From Chrysomallon squamiferum (lineage: Eukaryota > Animalia > Mollusca): a stretch of 64,000 nt of DNA. The notes below the pieces were generated by a model. It had not been told where the DNA came from, made no database searches, and worked only from the letters and a program-made list of their open reading frames with translations. The stretch lies in assembly GCA_012295275.1 (NCBI GenBank), contig CM022672.1:2666001-2730000 (forward strand), in the 5' to 3' direction. The position numbers and the translations under genes are program-made. Shown here one piece after another: positions 1 through 12,489 of this stretch; position 1 is the first letter of the stretch, and every line of letters starts with the position of its first letter.

Positions 1-437
1 AAATTGCGAATCACGGATTAAATCTTTATTGTATATATATAATTAAAAATGCTTACTGCAGGTGTAAAATATTCATTTTCAAGCACAGCAATTGAAAATC
101 ATGATTATTTAACCCATTTTCCTGTATCAAATTTCAGGGTCGTAAAATAATGAGATGCCATAATGCGATGTGTAAATAAAATACGAGTGCAATTTGTGTG
201 TGTCGAATTTAGCGTAAACTAATACTAATTTTGTATTATTTTTGTTTTTTAAATCTGACAGCAAAACAAAACTTATTATCTTTGATTTTGCTTTCGCGTG
301 CGTCTTTGTGTTTTTCTTAACGAGTGTGAATGAATGCGTGTGTGTTAAAACAGAAACTAAAACGTAAGACAAAAATACAATACACAGAGCTAGATAGATG
401 GAAAGACAGTCAGACTAAACGGTAGAGACAGTCATGC

Positions 438-439
<2 letters not shown>

Positions 440-512
<73 letters not shown>
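440..512. repeat. (GA)n microsatellite
   Basis: Perfect tract; similar long GA/TC tracts at 1257-1308, 4662-4745, 6458-6525, 7201-7275, 12424-12487, 22689-22757, 43057-43148. Confidence 0.95.
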
Positions 513-514
<2 letters not shown>

Positions 515-948
515 CAACATTAAATACCAGAAAGAGTAAAAAAAAAACAAGCGTGACAAAAACAATGAAAACAATGAAACGAAATTAGGCCACGTGGGAT
601 ATTGCACCTAACTGAAGTGTCAAGCTGAGTATATCTTAGGTTGTTTATAACTTGTCAGATTTCCCATGACCAAGTGAACTTTGTCTAGCGGCTCCCACCT
701 GCCAGTCCGACTTGCGAGTTGACCACAAGTCAACACAGTAAACGGTCACGTATTTCCTCCGGGTTTCCTTCCCTGTGGTCGAACAGATACAAACGTTTAC
801 ACTTAAAAACTAACAGTTCTGTTGCATACAATTCCCGTGCAACACGAGCGAATATAGGAATAGAAAAATTTAAAAATCACAAGGAAACTTGTGTGTGTAT
901 ATTGTTTCGTGGAGATTATAGGTCAGTTACTTGGGGGATCAAACATGT

Positions 949-980
<32 letters not shown>

Positions 981-1253
981 GGTATGACTTGCAAGACAAA
1001 TTATATTTAAGAAAAAAAAAAAAGTTTACAAATACGAAAAGCGTGGTGAGCTCTATCCACGTATGCTGTTATGTTGTCTCTATGTATGTGTGGGTGGGTA
1101 TGTGTGTTTAATTGTATACAGAAGATGAGAAGGAAAAATACAGTTTAGTGACGCTTTAATACACTGGTGTAATCAAAAGACAGCGAAAGATCAACTCGCG
1201 CTTTCTTAAAAAATAACAGCCACGAGATGAGTAACCGGGACTATTTATAACTG

Positions 1254-1312
<59 letters not shown>

Positions 1313-3626
1313 TTTTATTTTATTCCTCAACTGTTCTCGATTCTGGATTCTGCATTTCCTACGCATTCACGCAACCTATTTTATCTTCTGTTTTCCACCG
1401 TCACGACTACCACGATGCGCCGAAAACTTGATATTCCCTGTTATGTTTGGCATGCGAATACTTGCGCCTCATTTACAAGCTGGTGTCACTTTTTGCGGAA
1501 ACTTTGTAACCAGACTGGCATTCCGGTCCTTTGCTGTTCTTTGCCGACGTCAGGTTGCCGATTTGCTCGTCAGCCCACTCCCCCACTATGCTGAAAGGCC
1601 GGCGGCATCCATGTTAATAAGACTGTGAGCCGTATCGGTGTTACTATGGCCGCGAGTCCAAGGCAACTGGTCGTGGAAATACCAGCGCAAATAAACAATC
1701 AATTAGGTAATTACCGTTTCGTGTTGTGATAATATTGAACACGTAATGCACGGCGGGCAATCGCTTGTGTAAATTTGGTCTGGTGGTTTATCCATTTGAC
1801 AATCTGCAACACCTGTTAACTTCTAAGAGATATTTTTGTCGTAGAGAGATCAGTACAACGGGTTAACAAAGGCCCTTATAAGCCTGTTTGACCGTAAACT
1901 TAGAAACCTTAAATTCCGTAATACTCTGGCAAATTCTGCTGATAAAGAACTTAATTTAAAGATAGCTTTGATACCAAGATTTTTAATTCTTTCTTTCTTT
2001 CTAGAACCCATGCGGCAAAAAAAAAAAAAAAAAAAAAAAAAAGACTTTAAAAATGGTTTTAGTATCAAGATACTTTATTATTATTATTATTATTATTATT
2101 TTTTTTTTTTTTTTAAATACGATAGCGATGTATCGTTCTTTTCAAAATGAAAGAAACAGGAGCAGGTTAAGTTTTATATAATATATACACATACAGATAG
2201 ACATATAACACACATAGATACATAATATACGTACATTCATATATAGATACATGCATACAAACGCACACATACATACATACATACAAAAACACACACACAC
2301 ACACACACATGGGTCAAACATACAGACAGACACACAATTAATCTAAGATACAATTTACAATTTACTTGCTGGTCGTGTGCCTCACTTACATTTACTTATC
2401 AGAAACCAGATGAACGTATTAACCATAGCTTAAAAATAAAACTCATTCGCGTTGCAGCTTCATTTATTTCATCTGTGTGTGACTTCGCAACTATCAGGGA
2501 TACCTTGTACTGAACTCTGCACTCGGGTGATTGAAGACGTGAGGGAATACAGCTTCCCGTTCATCACAGCCCAAAACCACCCTCTGGAACAGTCCCTTGA
2601 CAACCCAGGTGCGTTTGGTTCACGTTATGAAAGAAACGATCACTAACGAACACTCCTTGCACGGACTAATAGTCTATTTAATCATTTTTCTCTGACATTA
2701 ATAGATAAATGGATAATTTTTAAATAATTACATAATTTTTATATTAAGGGAACCGAGAATCCGATTAAATATGAAGACAAAAAAAAAAAAAAAAAACAAA
2801 TGGTCAACTTCATCGATTATGAACTGACAGCTTTTATCGGTTCATTTGATTGAATTACTTTTAGTTATTTATGGGTTTTGTTTTTTATTATTTTATTATT
2901 GTTATCTTAACATTTAAAACAACAACAAGGATGATGGTAATAATGATAACAGTGCATATTAGACTTTGGTATATTGTTTTACTTTCCATATGTACCTGGA
3001 TTATTTAGGTAATGAAACACAATACCAGCCTGAAATGTATATATGTATGTATGTATGTATGTATGTGTGTGTGTCTCTCTATATATATATATATTTAGTT
3101 ATAAATGCATACATTCATACACACACACAAGTACATACACACATATATTTTTCTTTCTGCGAGTGCATATGACATACAATATGCAAATTTTATTTCTAAA
3201 CATAGTTTTCAATTTTATACTAATACTAATAATACTACTACTAATAAAAATAACAACAACAACAGTAACAATAACAATATTCAATATATTACGCAATGAT
3301 ATTTTCTAAGAGATTACATCAGAGCCCAAAACGAACACAATAAGTTCATCAGGTTGCATTACTACACCAGACACTATTTCCGTATTATTACGTGACGTCT
3401 GTTTTAATTCATGGAAAGGAAACCCGCTTCCTCCACTCCTTTGACTAATGTGGGATGGGAAATATTCAATACACAGTCAAAATAAACTCTGTTCTAACTG
3501 AAGCACGTGTGCCGTGGTCACGTGATATAGCGTGTGGAATATCTTCTTAAAATACTGAATAAAATTAGTTCTTACGTTATCCTGTTCCATGACATTCTTT
3601 TACTAACACACCCACACCCACGCACA

Positions 3627-3664
<38 letters not shown>

Positions 3665-3743
3665 TACATACATACATATATGGAACTGGATAATTTTAAA
3701 AGAAATGTCCACGACTGTAGCAAAACTAGTAAATTAAATAACA

Positions 3744-3760
3744 ACAACACCACCACCACC

Positions 3761-3843
<83 letters not shown>
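3744..3843. repeat. Compound trinucleotide microsatellite (ACC)n(AAC)n(AAT)n
   Basis: Seen directly; explains ORF-track poly-L/poly-N ORFs. Confidence 0.93.
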
Positions 3844-3846
<3 letters not shown>

Positions 3847-4656
3847 CCTCCCACCTACAAAAAAACAACAAAAAAACAAAAAAAACTCCACAATATAAAC
3901 GTATATCATTTTATTCTTTAATTTCTTACTACTGTCCATCAACTCATTCATGTGTGTTTTTTTTTTTTATTCACTTCATCTTCTTTCTTTACTAACCTTC
4001 TTGTTCTTCATAATTACGAGATGTCAGCTCAGCTCTGGTAGTAGCTAATTATGCTTCCGGAGATAGACGACAAAGCGCTACATGGACCGAAGCGAATAAT
4101 TCGGGTTTGTGTGGTGAATGACTAATTTGACAAGCCGAGTTACATGCAAATTATCAGGCAGCTTAATTATGTGTCACACCCCTGACCTGCCGAGAGCGCA
4201 CGCGTGTTGCACGTCAAAATAGCTATGGTCAACATGTCAATTTACAAAATGCAGGCACGTAACTGCAAATGTTTGAATAATATTATTGGTATCAGTCAAA
4301 GCAAATTATTATTTTTTTTTTTCATTTTTTTTTTCCCCCGCATGTACCATTTAAACGTATATAATGTATGTATGTATGTGCGTTTTATATGTACGTGTAT
4401 TTGTGTGTGCATATGTATGTATATTTGCTTGTATTTCTATATATGTGTACGCTTATATGTAGAAACATACATATATACATAGAAAAAATATACAAATATT
4501 CATAAACAAGCTCACACAAATATACATACATGTACATATACATACACATTACATATATATATGTTTAAATGGTACATGTGAAATATATTTTTATTTTATG
4601 TTAACTCATCATTACGTAATAAATAACTAGCTACAAATTGGCTTTTTTTTGTTTCA

Positions 4657-4751
<95 letters not shown>

Positions 4752-5733
4752 TGTGTGTCTTGGAGTACTGGCTAGAAAGGGAACTAACTCGGTGAGGGTG
4801 GGGGGCTGATCCTGGGGCGATCTTTAACCGTGGGCTCCATCAATTACCAGCAGTTATTTGCTCTGAAATAACAGTGATTGTTTCTGAATAACTAATGATA
4901 AATTAACAAACGAAGAAAAATTACTTTCATTCACATGTAATCAGTTAGGTAAACCTTTAATTATAAGACTGGTGTTACGTTTTTTTTCGATTAGCAACTC
5001 CAACTTGCTTGAATAAACAAGCCATTCACCATTAATGCGGAGATCTGAATCTGCTCATTAACTGTTAAAACAAAGCATGACGGCACTTTCCCCGTGGTGA
5101 CCAATTAGCACAGTAGTGTTAATTTACTTGTGGCGCCACACAATGAAACGCTTCAAACAGCGATTTATTTTTGAGCTATGTGTGATGATACAAGGAAAAT
5201 GTACTGTGAATACGTGAAAATTGTCAGGTAAAAACACTAAATAATAAAGACAATAGAAGCTGACGCAGGTTTCATTAAAAACAAAACAAAACAAAAAAGC
5301 CTTTAATCTTTGAATGTGATTGTAAATAATGACTTACGTTTGTTTCCTTTTATTGTATATACAAACATATATAAACAATATATAAACTGTTCCCTATTGT
5401 TTTAATTTGTTTAATTGTTTTCTGTTGTTTTTTTTTGTTTGTTTTTGTTTTTTTTTAAATGGTTTACTTTCTTTACTTCTTTTTGAAAATACACAGTTAC
5501 GTGTAAAATTGTAAAAAATAAATAATTTTTTAATAGTTTAAAATGTTTATTTTATGTTACGTTTAAATGGTACATGTGAATTCTATTTTTATTTTTATGT
5601 TATCACTACGTAATAAAAAACTTGCCGGAAACCTGCTTCTTTTCTTTGATAATCACGCGCGCGCGCGAGAGAGAGAGGGGGTGAGTAGAAGGTGGGAGGA
5701 GGTGGGAGAAAAAGAGTGAATAAGCGTTCATAT

Positions 5734-6132
5734 AGACATTTCAAAATAGTCATACATATTATTTTATAATATAAAGACCACTCATACACAAAAAATAAAT
5801 CCACACCGGAAAAAAAAAATGTCTATCATGTTCAGTTTTATTAATAACCTCAGTTCATTGCATAAGCGCCAAGATCGGAAAACACATTTAGTCGCAAATT
5901 GTGTGCTGTAACGTCAGCATAACAAAGCGAGAGAATACGCGTTGGTCTACAGACATTTGAAAACAGTCATACGTATTGTGTTATAGTATAAAGTTCAGTC
6001 ATACACAAAAATAAGTCCACGTCAGAAACAGAAGAAAAAATCTCTACCGTGATCAGTTTTATTAATAACCTCACTTCATTGCATAAGCGCCAAAATGGGA
6101 AAACACATTTTGTCGAGTAACGTCAGCATAAC
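5734..6132. repeat. Tandem direct duplication, offset about 217 bp, 2 copies
   Basis: 5734-5923 vs 5951-6132 share AGACATTT...GTCATAC...TCAGTTTTATTAATAACCTCA.TTCATTGCATAAGCGCCAA...AAAACACATTT...GTAACGTCAGCATAAC. Confidence 0.9.
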
Positions 6133-6456
6133 CAGACCTTTGCTGCGTCAGATATATAAATATACAAACAAGCATTAGATATCAGAATGTGTTATCTGTA
6201 CACGTAGCGAAAGATATATGGAAATTTACCTGCGGTTACAATTGCCAGACCAAGGATAAAGCGGACATTATAACGGGCTAAAAATAAATCCGACAGCTAT
6301 CTTCGAAATATCTCAAGGCCTGGTGAAAATCAGGGAAGTAGCGAGGGGGTGGTGGAAGGTAATGCCGGTTATAAACGAACTGACCTGCAAGATTTTATGT
6401 TAAAGAATTAAAATACAGTGGGAAAAAAAGAAAAGAGAATCGACATGTTTGTGAAC

Positions 6457-6530
<74 letters not shown>

Positions 6531-6537
6531 ATCATCA

Positions 6538-6568
<31 letters not shown>

Positions 6569-6709
6569 CCAAGAAACGAAACATATACAAACATCTATAT
6601 ATATACACCCAGTAACCAACTAATTCACCTTTTAAAGAACAATACTGCATCTATATCTAATTTTCGATTTATACTAACATTTTTTACATTTAGATTTTTT
6701 CCCCTCTTT

Positions 6710-6758
<49 letters not shown>

Positions 6759-7183
6759 GAGACAGGGTTTGTTTTCTTGTTTCTTTAATAATGTCCGAGA
6801 TCCCGCCCCTGGTGTTGGCGTGAGGCGTTCCCACCAGGTCCTGCCCTGATTTCTGTAATCGTGTCACTGCAGTAATGCGGCACATGATAACTACAAGGCA
6901 GTGAGACTCGTGACAGAGCACAATGCCGTTCACCGGTATGTCGTCCATGTTGCCCGCAGTTTGGGCTTTTGCCAACTAATTGATAACAACGTGTGTTTGA
7001 TTTCCCGTTGAAGCTCTCTCACCGCTAGAAGGCGATGTGTGTGTGTGTGTGCGTGTGTGTGTTATTTAGAAGTCGCGAAATGACCAGTGTGCGTGTGTGC
7101 AAGCATGCAGCCAACTACCTCGGCTAACTGCCACCGTCCCCCTTTCTCTAGCGACAGAATGTTCAAATATACAAAGACAGACA

Positions 7184-7279
<96 letters not shown>

Positions 7280-7892
7280 GCTTTGTGTAACATATATTTA
7301 TAACACACCAGTTTAAACAGCATGTGACTTTAAATAGTGTTATCTCTGCAGTATCACAGAGATCTGGTTATGTCTGTTGACAATGGTTTATTTTCAGTTA
7401 AAGAACAAAATAATAATAATCTATCAGTTCGAAAATTCATATTTATAAAGACTAGTGACATAAACTATGACAAAAGGAAAGATAAAACAAACCCAAACAA
7501 AACTCAATTACCCAGTGTGAACACAAAATAATATACAATATAATATAATATAATATAATAAACAACCCCCTTTAACATTCCACATTCCAAAAACCATTGA
7601 TAGATAAAAGAAAGCCCTCCATTTTTAAAAATGATCATGCTGATGTGAAAACGTTAACCGTTTCCAATTCATTCAGAATACCACGCACACCGAACACAGA
7701 ATTTTATTTATGAATCACGGATATATCACTGTTTAATATATTCCCAAATAGAAAGAACCTTAACTATATTTGCAGCAGTTGCGACAACAGCATTTTTCTC
7801 ACTGCTTGACTTCGACCACGATCTTCGCTTACCAACACCTCTAATATTTTATGGCTCCTTGATCAAGCAGTAGATCCAGTCAAGGCGCGGTT

Positions 7893-8110
7893 GTCACGTG
7901 GATGCATTGTTGACCTTAGATTCATTGGTTTATAGGTTGTCATTAATATTCATGAGGAATGACGTCACTTGGGATTTGCCAGCGCTCGATATATACATAT
8001 TCATGAGCTGTGATGTCATGACCAATCGAAATACAGGTAGTCGGGCATTATTCAAATACACTGTAAACAAACGAGTGTTTGCGATCGCCTGCTGAAACGT
8101 GCGTTCAGTT
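7893..8110 (+). promoter_or_regulatory. Proximal TATA-less promoter of the Mxd gene
   Basis: E-box CACGTG 7895-7900, reverse CCAAT 7924-7928, CRE TGACGTCA 7960-7967, CCAAT 8022-8026, forkhead GTAAACAA 8063-8070, Inr-like TCAGTT 8105-8110 about 90 bp before the ATG; CpG-retaining context. Confidence 0.7.
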
Positions 8111-8198
8111 TAGTTCAGGCCAAAACAGCCAACACTGCAGTATCGTTTATTTCGTTTTTTCTTTTTAAGTTTGCCTAAATCTGCAATTTATTTTAATA

Positions 8199-8256
8199 AT
8201 GCACAGTATTGCACAGCTTCTACAAGCCGCTGAATATCTTGAGAGACGCGAAAGAG
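8199..8256 (+). CDS. MXD1: Mxd exon 1 (Sin3-interaction domain)
   Basis: ATG at 8199, [19 protein letters not shown] matches the SID pattern LLxAAxYLE; donor G|GTAAAT. Confidence 0.95.
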
Positions 8257-11200
8257 GTAAATATCATGGTAAATACTTGTATTTCTCTCGCTTTGCCACG
8301 TTGCAACCATTTTGACAGATCATGTTGTTATGTTTTGATTTTTTCCGTCTTCAGAAGCTGAACATGGCTATGCTTCCACATTACCTATGCCAGATGAATA
8401 CTCTAAGAAGAAGTCGAAGGGCAAGAAAACTCAGGGAAACAGGTATGGTATTTTCATTAAATCAAGTGTCTTTACAAAAATATCTTTATGTGGTATCCAT
8501 CGTCAGCTGATTTTTCGTGCCTTCGTCTGCCAACTGTCATTTTTGGTTTAACTTTTTCGATCCAGTAGTTGCATTTGTACGAAACAAAAATGAATAATAT
8601 TATTAAACTGTAAATGTGAGTACAACTTTTATCCAAAATAAAATAAATCGGTGTTGCATTTCATTCTGTGTCGAAAGAAAAATAGTGTTGCGCTGTCAAA
8701 CGAACGCTGGCTGACGACAGCCGCCATTTTGTAATCTATTACCCAGCTAACAAATGCTCGATTTTTCTTGCATTTCTATTTAGTCAGTTCATAGATCACA
8801 TGGATATCATACAATATTTGTTATTTATTCATTTGTGCATATTAAATTGTGTCTATTTAATGTATAAGGCGAGGTGTTTGGATTTTATTCGGCAGTCATA
8901 TGACCATGTTGGTCGACAGGTTCTAGATTGTTTACAGTTAGGAATGAATCGTGCTGAACGGAACGAACTGCACAAATTGGATATTATTATCAACACTTTC
9001 ATGGCATTTCTTCGAGCAGTGTGCTAAACCTAAAGAAGATTCCATTCATCTTCCTAAATTGTGTGAAATACGATGCTTGATCAGCGTGTTTTCGTTCTTG
9101 GCGCCAAGCAACAGTGTTCCAGTACGAATGTTCAACGGTTGCGAGCCAACTCGCTTTTGTTTACAAACTGAGAACCACTGCCATAATGCAAGTGGCCGAT
9201 CAAGCACTGTTACTGAGAACCGTTCGTCTGCAGTTGGCGGATTAAACGCAACAATGTACACGCACGCATTTCGCAGCACGTGTACATCCAGTTAATTTTA
9301 CGTTATGATGGCAGGCCCTTTATGGTCATGCTGTGAACCACAGGACTTTAGACACAGATCTGAGACAAAATACATTGTAAAAGATAATCATAATATTAGA
9401 ACATAAAAAAATAAATACTAATAAACCACATACTCTTAATGATATCTTTTTATTTTTGTAGGTCAACCCATAACGAATTAGAAAAAAATAGGTGAGTACA
9501 GTTGAAATAATTATAATCATAATGCACTTTTCACATTATTAATCTCCTTTGATTAACAAAACACCAGATAAATAATTAAATCTATCGAAAAATAGTACTT
9601 CTCAATTTTTATATTCAATAACATTAAAAAATACACACTGATAGCCTTACAAAATATCTTGTTTTATTATGCTGCAGGGGAAAAAAAAAAAATATTACAA
9701 TTAGGTCATTTTCAAGTGTGTAGAATCAGGGTCACACAACAGATGAGTTTCAACCAACAAGTTTTTATTTTTATTTGTTTATTTTTATTTTAAATTCTAA
9801 TCTTTTTTTTTTAATTATCTCAAAACAGAACAACAGATTTTTGTTATGATTGTTTAAACCATTTCAAGCAGAATTATTATTATTATTATTATTTTTTTTT
9901 ATAAATGACTCAACCTATTATTGACACCATCATAAAGAGGGACTTTTTTTTTTTTTTTTTTCTTTCTTTATTCACATGATGTGTAGAATGAACAAATATA
10001 ACTTTTTTTTTTTTTTTTTTTTTTTTTCTAACATCTGAAAAAATGCCAGTGGGTAATGGCATGGAAGAGAGAGTTAGGTTGTTTACCACAAAAATTTACG
10101 ATTTTGCATCCACCAGGGACCCCATGCACACATGTTACTGAGATCACATTTTACACAACTCTACCTCACAGCTGAATGTAAAACAAACAACTTGTTCGTA
10201 TTTTTATAGTCCTTAGTCTGGGTAACTTCTGTTCTGAAAAAATAAAAATAAAAAAAGATAAATTATCTGTATTGTATGTAATAAATCATACTATCTGCAA
10301 AAGGCTTTATTTTTAAAATCGTGTTTATGATTATTATTATTGTTATTAACCTAACATTACTAGTATAAGTTACTTTGAAATTCAGTAGCATGCATGGTTT
10401 CATAAACCATAACCACTAGTTTGATGGCAGAAATTATCTTTATTCATTGCCATGTGGTCTGCTTGTTAGTTAAAATCACAGTTCAGGCATTTATATATTT
10501 CTTTTTCTCATTGTAACCCCAAAACAAATAGCAAGTAACAAAAAGAAAACTACAGCAAAGGTGGTTTTCTGTGTCAGACATGCTTGCTGACATCAGAAGG
10601 GTGGGTCTAATGGTTTATATAGGGGAGTCCTTGTTCCTTGGGGGTGTGGGGGGGTGAGGAAACAGCACATTTTTTTTTTAAATCTAAATAGTCTGTTTTT
10701 TGCCAAAAAAAACCTGATGTTCATTCTGATGTTTTTATTCTTAATGTTATTCTTCATAAGAGTATATTTACTCTGTTGTTGTGTCATATTGCTTGCTAGA
10801 GTGTTATTTTTCAGTTATTTTAAATTGTTTTTAGAAATTATTTAGACTGGTGAAAAGAATATTGATCTTTATGAGAAAAAAACCCCCAGTTTTCAGTAGT
10901 AATAAATATTTACAGTGTTATTTAAAAATAAAATGGTGTTCGGAAAAAAATAAAGCAGCCAGACATTACATTTCATGCTTATTAGCTATTTTCTGCTTGA
11001 TGAAAAGCTAAATATTTATCATGAAAAAGATAGCAACCATGCATTTAGACATCTGTTAGTATACTACCATTATACTGAGCACCTGTTGACAAATGATAAT
11101 AATTACATGTAATTAATTTATGCTGTATATTTTCACTGATAATTTATTTTCTTATAAGTTTTTTATTTATTTTTTTCCACTTTCAGGCGAGCACATTTGA

Positions 11201-12418
11201 GAAACTGTTTAGAGAAATTGAAAGATCTTGTTCCACTTGGAGCAGACTGCTCAAGACATACAACATTAGGTCTTTTAACAAAGTCACACAATTTTATCCA
11301 AGTAAGTATAAAGTAAATGATAAGACAAAATTTAAAAACATATTTTTTTCTTTTTTCATTTCTTCCACTGGATTATGTAAAAAGGTCGTATTATTTTGGA
11401 AAATAAGGGAAATGAAATAAGAAGGATACTTATATCTGTTTGTTGTTCTAAAATTATTCGATCTGCAGTTAAAAGAGGATTTAATGATTCAGATAAAGGA
11501 TTACTGAATGCCAAAAAATGGCAGTCTTAGCTGTTGGAATAATCTGTTTGCAAAGATGTTTTCTAGGAAAAACTTTACACATATGTGGTTTATTTAAACT
11601 GTAAAAGGAAATTATAATGAAGTATAACAGGTAAGTAATTGTGCTGCCCGTTAAAGTTTTGTTTTTCAAAACAAATTTTTTTATGGTGTTTCTAAGCATT
11701 TGTTTGGATTTCAATGATGATAATACGAAAATGTAAATAGCAGCAACAATGGCCATGTTTTTGATGTTTCTGAGTTTTTATAACTGCAGAATTTACATAT
11801 AAATAAAAATAAGAATTATCAGATATTGGTATGAAGAATTATTAATTTTATAAGTATTACAGAAACTATTTGTTATTTGTTTTGATCCTGGATACATATA
11901 TATACACTGTCGACCATAAATTATATGTAAATCAAGGGAAGTAACTCTTAGCTCCATGTTAATGTTGACACTATAGCATATAACTATCCATTACATGCAT
12001 TGAAAATAACACTACGTACCCTGCTTTTTATATTTTTATATATATATATATAATTTATATCTATCTATATATTTATATATAATAATCTTCTAAATTTTTT
12101 CAAAAATTATTATTTATTTATTTAATTTTTCCAAATGGAAAAAAAAAGTATACATTTTTAAAAAAAAGGTATAAATAAAAAAAGAAACAAACGTATAAAA
12201 ACAAAATCTCTTAAGTAAATATTTCATAGCTTGTTACACCAATAATCACATTGGATTTATTTCATCACATATTTAAATTATCACCATTTTTTAATTTTTT
12301 TTAATTTTTTTTTTTTTATGTATGCATTTTATTTTGGTCTGTTTGGAGATCATGTCACAAGTCATTTTTGGTTAATTATTTAATTTTTTACATCATGATA
12401 CTTTCTGTTTCTTACTTT

Positions 12419-12489
<71 letters not shown>

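Noticed and set aside
8351-8357. NAGNAG tandem acceptor (CAG AAG) at Mxd exon 2
   Set aside because: Would delete only one Glu, and AAG is the weaker site; not worth a finding without reads.
8322-8510. 62-aa ORF overlapping Mxd exon 2
   Set aside because: Alternative-frame read of the real exon plus intron sequence; the conserved AEHGYAS frame is a different one.
11520-11540. TGGCAGTCTTAGCTGTTGG resembling miR-34
   Set aside because: Gapped relative to the mature miR-34 sequence and no complementary star arm nearby.
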